This document shows positions 13,330-27,588 of a stretch of DNA of 53,467 nt, in pieces (position 1 is the stretch's first letter; each line of letters begins with the position of its first letter). A model generated the notes under the pieces. That model was not told the origin of the DNA. It saw only the letters and a program-made list of their open reading frames with translations, and made no database searches. The stretch covers positions 62,001-115,467 of the forward strand of contig CAUYUJ010000313.1 in NCBI GenBank assembly GCA_963575745.1, read 5' to 3'. The position numbers and the translations under genes are program-made. Origin of the DNA: Prorocentrum cordatum (lineage: Eukaryota).

Positions 13330-14255
13330 ATCGTCTTCGGTGGAGCTCCCCATGGGGCCATGAAGCGTGTGAGGGATGTGCCGACATGGCTGCGGTGGTG
13401 TCATGCGAGCGCAGCCACTGGGGCTTTCGGTGGAGCTCCCTATGGGGCCACGAAACGTGTGAGGGGTGTGCCGACATGGCTGCGGTGGTGCCATGCGAGC
13501 GCAACCACTGGGGCCGTCGGTAGAGCTCCAAACGTGTGAGGGGTGTGTCGACATGGGCGCGGTGGTGTCATGCGAGCGCAGCCACTGGGGCCTTCGGTGG
13601 AGCTCCCTATGGGGCCACAAAACGTGTGAGGGGTGTGCCGACATGGGTGCGGTGGCGTCGTGCGAGCGCAGCCACTGTGGCCTTCGGTGAGGCTCCCTAC
13701 GGGGCCACGAAACGTGTGAGGGGTGTGCCGGACTTGGCGCGGTGGTGTCATGCGAGCGCAGCCATTCGGGCCTCCGGTGGAGCTCCTTATGGGGCCACGA
13801 AACGTGTAAGGGGTGTGCCGAAATGGGTGCGGTGGTGTCATGCGAGCGCAGCCACTGGGGCCTTCGGTGGAGCTCCCTATGGGGCCACGAAACGTGTGAG
13901 GGGTGTGCCGACATGGGTGCGGCGGTGTCATGCGAGTGCAGCCACTGGGGCCTTCGGTGGAGCTCCCTATGGGGCCACAAAACGTGTAAGGGGTGTGCCG
14001 ACATGGGTGCGGTGGTGTCATGCGAGCGCAGCCACTGAGGCCTTCGGTGGAGCTGCCCATCAGGCCACAAAACGTGCGAGGGGTGTGCCGAAATGGGCGC
14101 GGTCGTGTCATGCGAGCGCAGCCACTGGGGCCTTCGGTGGGGCTCCGTAGCGGGCCACGACACGTGCGAGGGGTGTGCCGACATTGGTGCGGTGGTGTCA
14201 TGCGAGCGCAGCCACTGGTGCATTCGGTGGGGCTCCCCATGGAGCCACGAAAAAG
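13330..14255 (+). repeat. 90-bp tandem satellite, ~10-11 copies
   Basis: ccttcggtgg-like motif at 13591, 13681, 13771, 13861, 13951, 14041, 14131 and 14221 (period 90). One unit near 13515-13590 is shortened by ~12 bp. Confidence 0.97.
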
Positions 14256-14324
14256 GCGGGGGGGCGTGCCGCAAGGGCGCTGTCTCTTCAAAACGAGGAC
14301 CCAACACCACAGGATGCTTGGGAA

Positions 14325-17455
<3,131 letters not shown>

Positions 17456-17599
17456 ATCCGCCGAACCTTTTGGGACTACTCGGCATGTGAGAGACTTGCA
17501 CCACCCCAAACCCTTCCCACGGGAGCTCGATCCGGCCTGTTTGGAGGTGGGGTCGGCCCGATTCCGCTGTGGGGCTCATTTGCTTCAGAAAGATCCCTG

Positions 17600-18265
17600 G
17601 ACGGCCTCAGATTGGAATCGACACCCCAAGAAGCCTCAAGACGGCCCAAGATGGCCTCCACGTGGCCCCAAGTGGCCCCAAGACGCCCACAGATGGCCGT
17701 AAGATATTCAACAAAAAACCTAGACACACCCAGAGGGCTCCAAGAGGACTCCCGAAAGGTCCCTCAGAAGCATAAGCCGCCCTAATCCCTCAAGAAATAT
17801 CTGTAGCACGAGCGCCTTCTGAGAGCAAGCCGCGTCCACGACGGCCTAAGGAGCCCCCAAAATCGCCCCGACACGGTCCAAGAGGCACCGAATAAGGCCC
17901 CAAGACAGCCAAGGAAGCCTCCAAGAGGGCCCCACGACGGCCAAAGAGGGTTCCACAGTGGTCCAAGAGGCCCCCTCAATCGGCCTCACAGAGGCCCCCA
18001 AAACGGGCTCCGAAAGCGCCAGGCGGCTCAAGCTCAAGGGCGCTCGAAGACGATCTCAGACGCCCCCAAGAGGCCCCAAGAAACCCCCAAGAAGCCATCA
18101 AAAAGCCCCCAAAAGGCTCCATGCCCCCAAGAGGCCTCCAGAGAGTTCCTGAGAGTCCCCAAATGCCCACGCTCCTCACACTCTGGACGCGCACCCTGCG
18201 AAGCGACCCGGGCGCATCAAGAGGCCTCCAAAAGGCTCCCCCATGGCTAAAGATCCGCAAGGGCC
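17600..18265 (+). repeat. 'ccaagaggcc' interspersed repeat family copy
   Basis: Same motif composition as 11410-11915. Confidence 0.85.
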
Positions 18266-19519
18266 TTGAGGCTTAATTCCAGCCGTCGTCCTCCGAGCGC
18301 CTTTCTTCCCGTTGCGTTGCGTATCTTCGCGTCCCTCGGTCCTCTTCACCATCCCACCATTTCATCCTCGTCCTCCTTCTCATCCTCCTCCTTCCCTTCT
18401 CCCACTCCCTCCATCTATTCTCTTTCCTTGCATGCTCGAAGACCTCCTTTTTCGCTTGACATGCACCGCTATTTGGCGCGCGCCGGCTTCCTGCCATCCG
18501 CGCGGCGAACTCGCGGATCTACAACCCCGCTGGCATCAGACTCGTCTCGAGCTTCATGAGAATGCGTCGCGCTGGCCTTGTGGACGCGACGGTCAGATTG
18601 CCGTTAACTTCTGGCGCTTGCCTCCGCCCGCGCAGCTGCCTGGCGATGCAGCACGCCTCCAAACGCATGACACCGCCCCCCATCTAGGACCCCGAGTTCC
18701 ATGATTTGACTTGCTCCCCACATCCTAAGTGAGATTATTGCTTTCTCTGGATACCTCCACGCAGGAACCTCACCTCACACCGCATCCCCTCCTCCTGTCG
18801 TCAATCCCATCATGATCACCGATCATCGTGATCACCCGCACACTCTCTCGCTCATTCACTCATCACCCACTCATTCGTTGTCATGCCATAGTCCCATCAT
18901 GGCCAACGGCAATCATCACCATCAACCATTCACACTCCCTCTCACTCACGCGGTCACATCTACTCAGAACCCCCTCACTCAACATCACGCCATCGTCCGT
19001 TATCGTGTTATCGTCATGAATCGCGTCATCATCCCAGGTCCATACCCTCTCCTTCACATCACCAGTATTATCACCATCGCCGTCATCACTCAGATTCGCT
19101 CGCACACTCATCACCATCATTACCATCACCATGACCATCATCACACACATTATCATCGTCAGCATCATCATCATCAGCAGCATCATGATCAGCAGCAACA
19201 GCATCATCACCACCACCACCACCACCGATATCAAAGGTATCATCATCATCATCATCATCATCATCAGATCCATCCCAATCCAACATCATCGCCATCACGT
19301 CACCATCATTATCACCATCAGATCATCCAGATCAGTCACCATCACCATCATCACGTCATCATAACCATCATAATCATTGTCACCATCCAACACCATCGCC
19401 AGCACCATCCTCATCACTCACCATCACCATCATCAGCCCAGCACTACTCACCAACATTCACCATCATCATCGCCATCACCACACATGTGTCACGATCATC
19501 TTCATCATGATCATCGCCC

Positions 19520-20105
19520 AAAGGGGACCTTCGTCTGTGAATGAACCGCGAGGAAATCTCAGGCGGGAGCCCCACCCTTCTTATGGGGCCGGATTCGAGC
19601 GGACCATCCAAATCCCGTAACCGTAATCATGTTTGGGTTCCTCGGGCCTGAACAACACGGAAATCTCAGACGGGAGCCCCGTCCCGGAGCGAATTGCGAA
19701 GAAGCCGTTTGCGGGAACCCCTTCTATATGGGGCCCGCACTTCCTGTTCTAATCCGAACGGGTCATCTGAATCATGTAACTGTTTCCAGTTCTGGGCTCC
19801 TCTGGATTGAATTCTGAGGACGTCTCAGGCGGGAGCCTCCTCTGTGAAGAAATCGTGAGGAAGTCACCAAGCGGAGCCTATCCCGATGGGGCCCGCACTT
19901 CACGTTCGAATCCGAGGCGGACCATCGGAATATTGAAACTGTCGTCATTTTGGGGTTCCTGTGGCCTGAATATGAAGGAAATCTCGAGCGGGAACCCCCT
20001 CCCTATGGAGCCCGCGCGTCACGTTGGTAATCCGACCGGGTCGTCTTTTTAGGCTTGAATATGGAGGAAATCTCGAACGGGAGCCTCGTCTGTGAGTGAA
20101 TCGCG
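19520..20105 (+). repeat. Degenerate tandem repeat (gaaatctcaggcgggagccc..ggggcccgcactt); related copy at ~36760-37150
   Basis: gaaatctc(a/g)..cggga motif recurs ~5 times. ggggccc..cactt and tgaaccgcgagga also occur near 36800-37100. Confidence 0.7.
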
Positions 20106-20109
20106 CGTG

Positions 20110-20697
20110 GCGGCGCACACTTGCACGGCGAGGGGTTCGTTTTGAGGGGTCCCTTTGGTGCCGCCGCGCGCCGCTTGGGATCCACCCTGACGCACGCGTC
20201 CTTCCTGACCTCCACGCTGCGCGAGGGCATCACCATCGACTGCGCCAGGGATGAGGACGCTGGTCGCGCGGGCATGTCGGACGAGCAGTGGTGGTTGCGC
20301 CTCCACGTCATGTTCTCCCACGCCACGCGCATGCGGAACACGCTGGTCCTACGGCCGCCCACGCGAGTGTTCTTGGAGCGCGGGCCGCTGGCGCCCCTGC
20401 GGAAGGCGCTCGGGAAGTTCGACAAGCGGGGTGCGAGCTCCAGGATTCAGGCGGAGCAGCTCGCGGCTGAGCTGGGTTTCGTGCTGCCTCCCGCCTGAGC
20501 GCGGCCGCGACTAGCCTGGTGCCTGCGGGGTTGTCCAAACGGTTTGCCCCCGCGCCCCAGCGGCTCGCGGGGTTGCCCCAACGGCCTAGCCCGCAGGGTT
20601 GCCCCAACGGCTTCGCGATTTTGCCGTCGGAAAACGCACCCCTGCTGGGCGTGGCGGCGAGGGCGCCGAGGAAAATCGGCATGCGCGCCCCTGCTAG
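20110..20697 (+). mobile_element. Helitron-like element, 3' terminal fragment
   Basis: Helicase C-terminus, then three gggttg(c/t)cc.aacgg repeats, then hairpin gccga-ggaaaa-tcggc (20665-20680), then CTAG at 20694-20697, after which low-complexity DNA resumes. Confidence 0.55.
20121..20498 (+). pseudogene. C-terminal fragment of a Pif1-like SF1 helicase (Helitron-type)
   Basis: THASFLTSTLREGITIDCAR resembles degenerate motif V. WWLRLHVMFSHATRM resembles motif VI (YVxLSRA), followed by LRPP..LERGP. Stop TGA at 20496-20498. N-terminal part absent. Confidence 0.65.
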
Positions 20698-20998
20698 GAA
20701 AAAAGAGAGGTGCATGAGGAGAGCGGGCGGAATGGAGATGAGGAGGGGGAGAAGGAGGAGAAGGTGGAGGAGGAACACGACGAGGACGAGGGGGAATAGG
20801 AGGAGAAGAGGGAGGAAACGGAGGAGAGGGAGGAGGAGGAGGAAAAGGAGGAGGCGGAGGAGGATAAGACATGTAACGGGTAGGGCGAGAAGGACGATGA
20901 GGAGGAGGAGGAAGAGGACGACGCAGAAGCGGGAGAAGGGCCTGCGCCAGTCGAAAAGAAAAAGGGCGAATTAAATAGATTCACATGCGGGGTCCTAC

Positions 20999-21077
20999 CG
21001 TCGGAGTAATTGGACACCAATTCGCATTCGAAGACCTTGTTGAAGTAGGATCCACGGGTCGGCGGTGATGCTAAGCC
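20999..21077 (-). CDS. Candidate host-gene exon F (GLASPPTRGSYFNKVFECELVSNYSD); boundaries ambiguous
   Basis: aag|G acceptor in phase 0, G|GTAG donor; an internal AAG|GT offers an alternative boundary. Confidence 0.4.
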
Positions 21078-21415
21078 CTTGAATCCATGAATTAATCAGG
21101 CAATCAACAAATAAATTAATCAATCCATCGATGAATCCATCAATCAATCAATCGATCAATCAATATGCAATCAATTAAACAACCATCGCCATCATCATCA
21201 GCAGCAGCAGCATAATATGCAGCATCATCGCCGTCATCCGTCATCATCAACTGCAGCATCATCAGCATCATCATCAGCAGCATCATCAGCATTAGCACCA
21301 TCAGCACCATCACCAATCATCTTTACCATCACCAGATCCACCACAACCACAAGCATGTAATAATCATCCACTTCACGCCTGGCTCACTCCTGCCCCGCGC
21401 GCGAGAGGGAGGGGC

Positions 21416-21513
21416 CTGTTCAGACCACTCTGGGACACGCGAGCCAAACATGAGACACCCAGCGGCGAGCCACTGGCTCTTCCCCCCAAGGGAGATGACG
21501 CGTTTCGCAAGCG
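21416..21513 (-). CDS. Candidate host-gene exon E (ALAKRVISLGGKSQWLAAGCLMFGSRVPEWSEQ)
   Basis: Unique coding-like island between microsatellites. caag| acceptor in phase 1; CAG|GC donor in phase 0. Confidence 0.55.
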
Positions 21514-21529
21514 CTTGCTTGGTGAGGAG

Positions 21530-21534
<5 letters not shown>

Positions 21535-21578
<44 letters not shown>

Positions 21579-21596
21579 CACACAAAAAAAAACAAA

Positions 21597-21686
<90 letters not shown>
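21535..21686 (+). repeat. (TA)n followed by a poly(A) tract
   Basis: Read directly. Confidence 0.97.
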
Positions 21687-21688
<2 letters not shown>

Positions 21689-21738
21689 GGGCAGGTAGCT
21701 ACCCGGGGAGGAGGCCCTAAACTCGGAGGCGTCCAAGA

Positions 21739-24337
21739 TGAGATGAGACGAGACGACGCCTCGAGAGCGACCGACGCAACGAGACGGCGAGGGCAGCCAT
21801 CCTGGCGACGTCGGACGGGGGGGCCTCGGAGGACAGAGCTATGGAAACACACGTGGCCTCGAGGTCGGCCCGCTTCACAGCGCAGTTCACGAGACCGCGA
21901 GCGGGGCGGCGTCAACCTTGCGCGCCAGCCTCTTGCGTGGGCCCACGCCTTTACTGGCGGGGGGCTCGCACAAGCGACGCAACTTGGATCGCCTGGACTG
22001 CCGAGCCCAGGCGCCGCAATTAGTACACACATACACTGGATTGATGCAGCCTGGATTGGCGGGGGATTGTCCTCCGCGGTCGACTGCGCCCAGAGCGCGC
22101 CCGAAGGGCTCACGCACCAAAGCACTGAGGTACACGGGCATGCCTCTACAACCAGACAAAGGCCTGTCATGCTCGCCACACGCTATGCACAAACACTGCA
22201 TACACTGAACGCCGAGCACAGCGCGTCGCCACTCATGCCAACGAGCGCGCTGCACATGCACGCTGCGAGACGCTGCGCTCACACGCGCCCAGCGACGCTC
22301 ACTGTCGAAGAGAGGAAGGACGGCTGCAGCAAGACGGACAAAGCTAGTGGCGATCCGCAACCCACCCCCCAGCTGCGCCTCAAGCTCAAAGGACCGGGGG
22401 GGCGTGCAGGGAGACCGCCTTCTTCGCGTACACGTCTGCTACGACGTTGGCGTCGGTCAATATCTTGGCCAACTCGGTGAGTGTCGAGTACTGTTCTGAT
22501 GATCGATGGGCGCTCACATGCTGCACCGAACGAATGCGGCGAGAGCCAGGCATCTGTTGACCAAAGAGCTCGACGCAGCCATAGTGAGCACCTGCACGCA
22601 ACTGAGCTTCAGGACTCCTGGATGATTCAATCACAGCTGCCATGTAATCCGCATGGACATCCACAGGCCGATCGGCCACCTGTCCAACGTATGCAAGCGA
22701 AAGGTGTTCGGCCAAAGCCGAGCGCTGAGGTAGAGAGCCAGGGACTGCTCCGAGCACCACACGGAGTGGCCTATCGCCCTGGGGGGGCCATCATCGCAAT
22801 GGCCCAGCCTGCGCGACGAGCTGCATCAAGCAGGGGCCCGCTGCAAGAACCGTCAAACGCACATTCTGCTGCCGATACATCAGGGCCGAGGATCTTACAT
22901 ACCTCCTCAGGCTCACAATCTATCTCGCTGCCTGCATCGTCAAGGATGTGCACCTTCGTGCCGTCGTCAAGCGGCGGAAGGAGGCTCTCCTCATAGGCGA
23001 AGGCGCCTGTGACGTAGCGCAGGTCATTCGCGTTGTCACGGCCCTCCTGCACGAAGTGCTCGCTGATCTGGCTCTCGACGCGGGCGGCCAGCACGTCGGC
23101 TCTGGTGCAAGTGCATAGCCTGTGGTGCACTGTGCCTGCTCGGCCGCACGAGCAGAGACCATCCGTGTCCAAGCACACGTGCGAATGAGGAACTTCTGGT
23201 ACTTGGTGTATCTCCTGGAGCGCTCACGCACTGCGCCCTGGATGAGGTCGAAGGTTACTCGGACTCCAGCTGGGAGGTCCCACTTGTCTGCCAGCTGGCG
23301 CTCGAGCATCCGCTTCATGGTCTGAGTCAGTAGGTCCTCAATCACTGCGGGCGTGAGCTGGTCAACTCGGACTTCCTGGTCGAGATGATCTCGCCAGAGG
23401 GCCCCGCTGTGGGCAACCCATCCAACACGCTCCAGGCACTGGGCTGCGCGCTCCAGCGGCCCTCGAGACTTTGCCCAGTCATAGGGCCTGCCAAGGTTGG
23501 TAACCGCAGAGTCCAACCACATGAGCAGATCATCCTTGGACACGATTGCCCTTTTCAGGCCGAGCGACGGCCTCCCACAGCATACGACTCCACTGCAAAA
23601 CAGGAGCAATAGCCTGACGAATAGCTGGGTCACCGTCCAGAGCCAGCTTGGCCGTCGCAGAAATGCCTCCATGATATGGTTTGACTTGTCGTCCGTAAGC
23701 TCGCTGAAGCGCGTCAAGCTCAGAATTGGTGGCCCCATTGACCTCGACTCCGAAAGTGCAGGCAGGTCGCGCTCCAGTGCGGTAGATGCGACCAATTCGG
23801 AGATCCTTCTTAACTGGCATAGCTCGCCGGTACTTAGCAAGCTTCCTCATGCGCTTCTTGCGCCGATCGATGCGACTCCTCTGCTTGACTCGAACTCCTG
23901 CTGCCCTTCGAGCTCGACCAGCCGCGTAGTCAACTCCAAGGTAAGCCACTGCGTTCCTGACAGCAGCTTCAGCTTCAGCAGGGACTTGAAGCCGCTTGGC
24001 TACAGTGCGACCTATGTCGAGGCTGGAGGCAATAATAGCAAATTTGTTATTGATGCGAGAGCCCAACCTCTGAGCTACTCTCTCGAAGTCCTCTCCAGCG
24101 ATGACGGCCTGCTCTACCACCGTGCAAGCATCAGCATGATAGACCCCGATGGCAGCGTCATCGATGTAGCTGGAGAAACTGGCCAGAGGATGCAGGTATA
24201 CATGGGAATCATATTCTGCAAGGGCGTGAACTTTGATCGCAATGTCAGCGACCCCGTCGCCCACTGGCACTCCACGCCAAGCAAAGCAGGGGGCACACCC
24301 GTGGTGCCGTTGCGCTCTGATGATACGGGGGCCTCGC
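21739..24337 (-). mobile_element. 5'-truncated non-LTR (LINE-like) retrotransposon with RNase H; 15-bp TSD
   Basis: Exact direct repeat cggaggcgtccaaga at 21724-21738 and 24338-24352. Internal RT, RNase H and Cys-rich remnants; minus-strand 3' tail of (TCTCG/TCTCA) repeats. Confidence 0.9.
21887..24337 (-). pseudogene. Frameshifted ORF2 remnant: RT C-terminal half, CCHC-like knuckle, RNase H, C-terminal Cys-rich domain
   Basis: RT: RGVPVG, SYIDD, YLGVD. Knuckle: CSCGRAGTVHHRLCTC. RNase H: FDGS..RAGWA, LAEH, HADY, HVSAH, NVVAD. C-terminus: CMQC and CTNCGAW. Spread over five ORF pieces. Confidence 0.88.
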
Positions 24338-24719
24338 CGGAGGCGTCCAAGAGGGGGGCGTCCAAGAGGGGGGGGGGCGCAAACAATGGCCAGCGGCACG
24401 TGCGCGGCCGAGGGGGGGCCAGGCACGCATTGAAGTAAGAAGAGGCGCCACGAAATCTGGAGGAGATATGATGGCCCCTGCCATGCTACCCAACCCCCCC
24501 TAATCATCACCCCCATCGTGGCCGCCCACGATGAAAAAACACTTGAAACGCCAGAAAACGGGGGTGGGGCGGCCCACTCTCCGGAGAACCCCGGCCTCTC
24601 TGAGCCCGGGGGGGAGGAGCCCGCCCCGCCCAGGGGGTCGAACCGGGGAGGGGCCCCCCTGTCCAAGGAGAGGGGGGCTCGATCCGAGAGGAGGTCTCCC
24701 CCGCCCTTAAGAGAATGCT

Positions 24720-25095
24720 AGCAATGTCCGATGATGGCTGGATCTAGCTTTAATAGCATCCGAACCGGGCTCGAACCAACTCTAAAAAGTACCTTAGCTG
24801 GATCCAGCTCTAATTGAACCCTAGTAGGTAGGGCTCGATCCAGTTCTCATTGGGTCCTGCTAAAGCTGGACCCAACTTTCGTAGCATCCTAGTCGGGCTC
24901 GGTCCCACTCAAAATGAATCCTGCTCTAGCTGGATCCAGCTCTCACTGCTGACGCTCGATCCATCTCAAATAGAATCCGACTGTAAGTAGATACGATACA
25001 GCTCATATTGAATCCTACTAGGGCTGGATCCAGCTCTAATGGAATCATACTAGGGCTCGATCCAGAATAGAAGCATTCTACTGCAGCTCGATCTT
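24720..25095 (+). repeat. Degenerate tandem repeat built from gctggatccagctc and gggctcgatccag motifs
   Basis: About 10 alternating ctggatcc/ctcgatcc motifs; related tagggttcgatccaactgtaa near 28830. Confidence 0.75.
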
Positions 25096-25359
25096 CGTCG
25101 TCGTTGCCCGACTGCACCAGCGCCGGCGCTGGCGCTCGCCTTCGTCGGTTGCCACTGGGGACGGATGGAGGGTCCTGTCCCAGCCGGTTCGACGCCCCCC
25201 CGCCACCACAATTCAGCGGGCGGTGGGGGGGGGCCCAGTTCCAACCCCCCTCTGAGGGGGGAGGGTTCGAACACCCCCCTCCCCCTTTCACTTCAGGGCA
25301 GCCCCCCCACAGGTTCGAATCCACCCCCTGCCAGCGTCCACAGAACGCTCTCTTTCTCA

Positions 25360-25384
25360 TATAGAGAGAGAGAGAGAGAGAGAG

Positions 25385-25423
<39 letters not shown>

Positions 25424-25577
25424 GGGGGGGAGAGAGAGAGAGAGAAAGAAATAAAAAAAGGGAGAGATAGAGAGAGGGAGAGGATGGAGAGAGAGAGAGA
25501 GGGGAGGGGGGAGAGAGAGAGGAAGAGACAAAGATGTTGATAAAGAGGGAGAGATAGAGAGATAGAAAAAAAAAAAA

Positions 25578-25666
<89 letters not shown>

Positions 25667-25750
25667 AAAAAAAACGTGTGGAGATAGAAAACTATAGAGA
25701 AGAGAAAGGGAAACAGAGAGGAAGGGAGAGAAAGAGAGAGAGAGAGTGAG
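25360..25750 (+). repeat. (GA)n and poly(A) tracts
   Basis: Read directly. Confidence 0.95.
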
Positions 25751-25763
25751 TGAGCGAAGAGGC

Positions 25764-25788
25764 CTTGAGCCGCCGACTTCGCAATGGC
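25764..25788 (-). CDS. Candidate host-gene micro-exon D (AIAKSAAQ); acceptor position uncertain
   Basis: ag|G acceptor, AAG|GC donor; phase 0 in, phase 1 out. Confidence 0.4.
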
Positions 25789-25874
25789 CTCCCGGGGTCG
25801 AGACTGCTGCACCCCAGCGGCGGCAGAGGCCAAACGACGGCCAAAAAAGAAAGCGGCGGCGACGCTCGCGGGGC

Positions 25875-25938
25875 CTCAGGCTCGAAGCAGCCGCTGTGAA
25901 ACGTCAGGAGGACTGGCGGTTTGTTCGCCAGCAGCTGC
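25875..25938 (-). CDS. Candidate host-gene exon C (RQLLANKPPVLLTFHSGCFEPE)
   Basis: aag|G acceptor, GAG|GC donor; phase 2 in, phase 0 out; GC3-rich. Confidence 0.6.
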
Positions 25939-26067
25939 CTTGCGGGTCGGCGGCGACGGCGGCGGCGACGGGGGCGGCGGCGGCCCGGGAACCGCGGGGT
26001 AGCCCAACAGGACAGAACAGCACGGACAAGGACAAGACAGGACGGCTGGAATCGTCCAAGGACGCAC

Positions 26068-26122
26068 CTGCCAAGGCGACGCAGAGGGGAACAGCGGGGG
26101 CGGGGGATCCAGTTAAAGGAGC
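26068..26122 (-). CDS. Candidate host-gene exon B (GSFNWIPRPRCSPLRRLG)
   Basis: cccag|GC acceptor, CAG|GTGCG donor; phase 1 in, phase 2 out. Confidence 0.6.
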
Positions 26123-26263
26123 CTGGGACGTGTTTGGCCCAGCTGGGTCGGAGTGGGCGACAAGGGGGCAGTAGACGAGAAGATTGGCGAATCAGCTATA
26201 CTTGGTTGGTTCTCCGAGTGCCTCCCAGCGCCGGAAGCGGCTATGCGTTGTCGATGGATGCGC

Positions 26264-26354
26264 CTGGCAGCGGGGCCGAGACCAGCTGCACGCAGCAGAT
26301 GACGCAGTCCCCGTTCACAGACTGCCCCCCTCTCTCGTCCGCCCCGAGTGCAGC
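26264..26354 (-). CDS. Candidate host-gene exon A (AALGADERGGQSVNGDCVICCVQLVSAPLP)
   Basis: AG|G acceptor, CAG|GC donor, GC3-rich codons; ends in phase 1, matching exon B. Confidence 0.55.
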
Positions 26355-26985
26355 CTCCGGAGACTCCGGGGGGGCCCAGGGGCAAGCCCGACCAGCGACT
26401 CTGAGACCACCCTTGACGCGTTTCTGTCTGAGTCGTCGTCGTCGTCTCCGCCGCCGTCGTTGCTCCCCATCCTCCTCAAGCATTCCAGCCAGAGGGAAAT
26501 CGAGCAACGTCGTAATCGAGTCGAGGGAAGCCCCTTTCCTTTGATCCCTCCCCCGCTTGGGGGGGTGGGCGGTAGGGGGAGGCGGGAGGGGGGGGAGCCC
26601 GGGGGGATCCCGAGGGTTGTGACCACTTCCGCCAGAAGGAGCAACCCTCCCTGTGAGAAGCTTTCCCATTCGATGTCTTACCTCCAAGGCACTTCGAGCT
26701 CACTTCTACCGCGTCTTGCTCCAAGAGGGCCTTGAGACAGCCCGAGATATCTCGAAGATGGCCCAAGGCACCAACAAGACGGCCTCACAAAACCCCGAAA
26801 GCCCCAAGATGGCTCCAAGAGAACCCCCAACAGGGCCCCAAGAAGCGAACATCACTGATGCTCATGCAGTGGTTCTAGGTTTTCACGTCGTCACCGTCAT
26901 CGTCCTCCTCCTCCTCCTCCTTCTCCTCCTCCTCCTCCTCCTCCTCCTCATCCTCCTCCTCCTCCTCCTCTGCCGTCGCCGTCGC

Positions 26986-27021
<36 letters not shown>

Positions 27022-27094
27022 CCCCTTTAATGGCTGGCGCCACCAGCCGTAAGGCTGGCAGAAGATCCCCAACAGCTTTGCACACAGACGGTGG

Positions 27095-27222
27095 GGGACC
27101 ATGATGGAGGGCCACGACGGGGGGGAAACGATGGGGGGCAACGATAGGGGGCAACCATGGGGGGCCACGACTGCGGGCAACGATGGGGGGCAACGATGGG
27201 AGGCAACGCCGGGGGGCAAGGA
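27095..27222 (+). repeat. ~14-bp minisatellite (atggggggcaacg-like), ~9 copies
   Basis: Recurrent ggggcaacg/ggggccacg with a ~14-nt period. Confidence 0.8.
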
Positions 27223-27488
27223 TCGGGACTGTATGACTGTCAACACCTACTGACGACTAACAACGAACAGTTCGAAAAGTACGAACGACGAAGACAAACA
27301 CGAATACTGTGAATACTAAGTCGTAGGCATTCTACGACTACGACCAGTACTAGTATCCCGAATCGACCTTGTTACTCGTCTTATGATGGTGTCAATGAGA
27401 ACACACATGATGCTACTCCTACTCCTACTCCTACTCCTACTCCTACTCCTACTCCTACTCCTCCTCCTCCTCCTCCTACTCCTACTCC

Positions 27489-27588
27489 NNNNNNNNNNNN
27501 NNNNNNNNNNNNNNNNNNNNNNNNNNNNNNNNNNNNNNNNNNNNNNNNNNNNNNNNNNNNNNNNNNNNNNNNNNNNNNNNNNNNNNNN
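27489..27588. other. Assembly gap (100 N) flanked by (CTACTC)n and (CTA)n repeats
   Basis: N run; contiguity across it is not guaranteed. Confidence 0.99.

Noticed and set aside
13330..14255. CRISPR array
   Set aside because: Units are contiguous 90-bp repeats with no unique spacers; no cas genes; eukaryotic context.
21586..21686. Poly(A) tail of the LINE
   Set aside because: It is on the wrong strand (poly-T relative to the element) and lies outside the 15-bp TSD.
25764..25790. Spliced-leader relic (ggctcaag on the minus strand; also at ~8561, 1547 and 18025)
   Set aside because: Only 8 nt match and the CCATTTT part is missing. Here it is better explained as an exon end (CAAG|GC).
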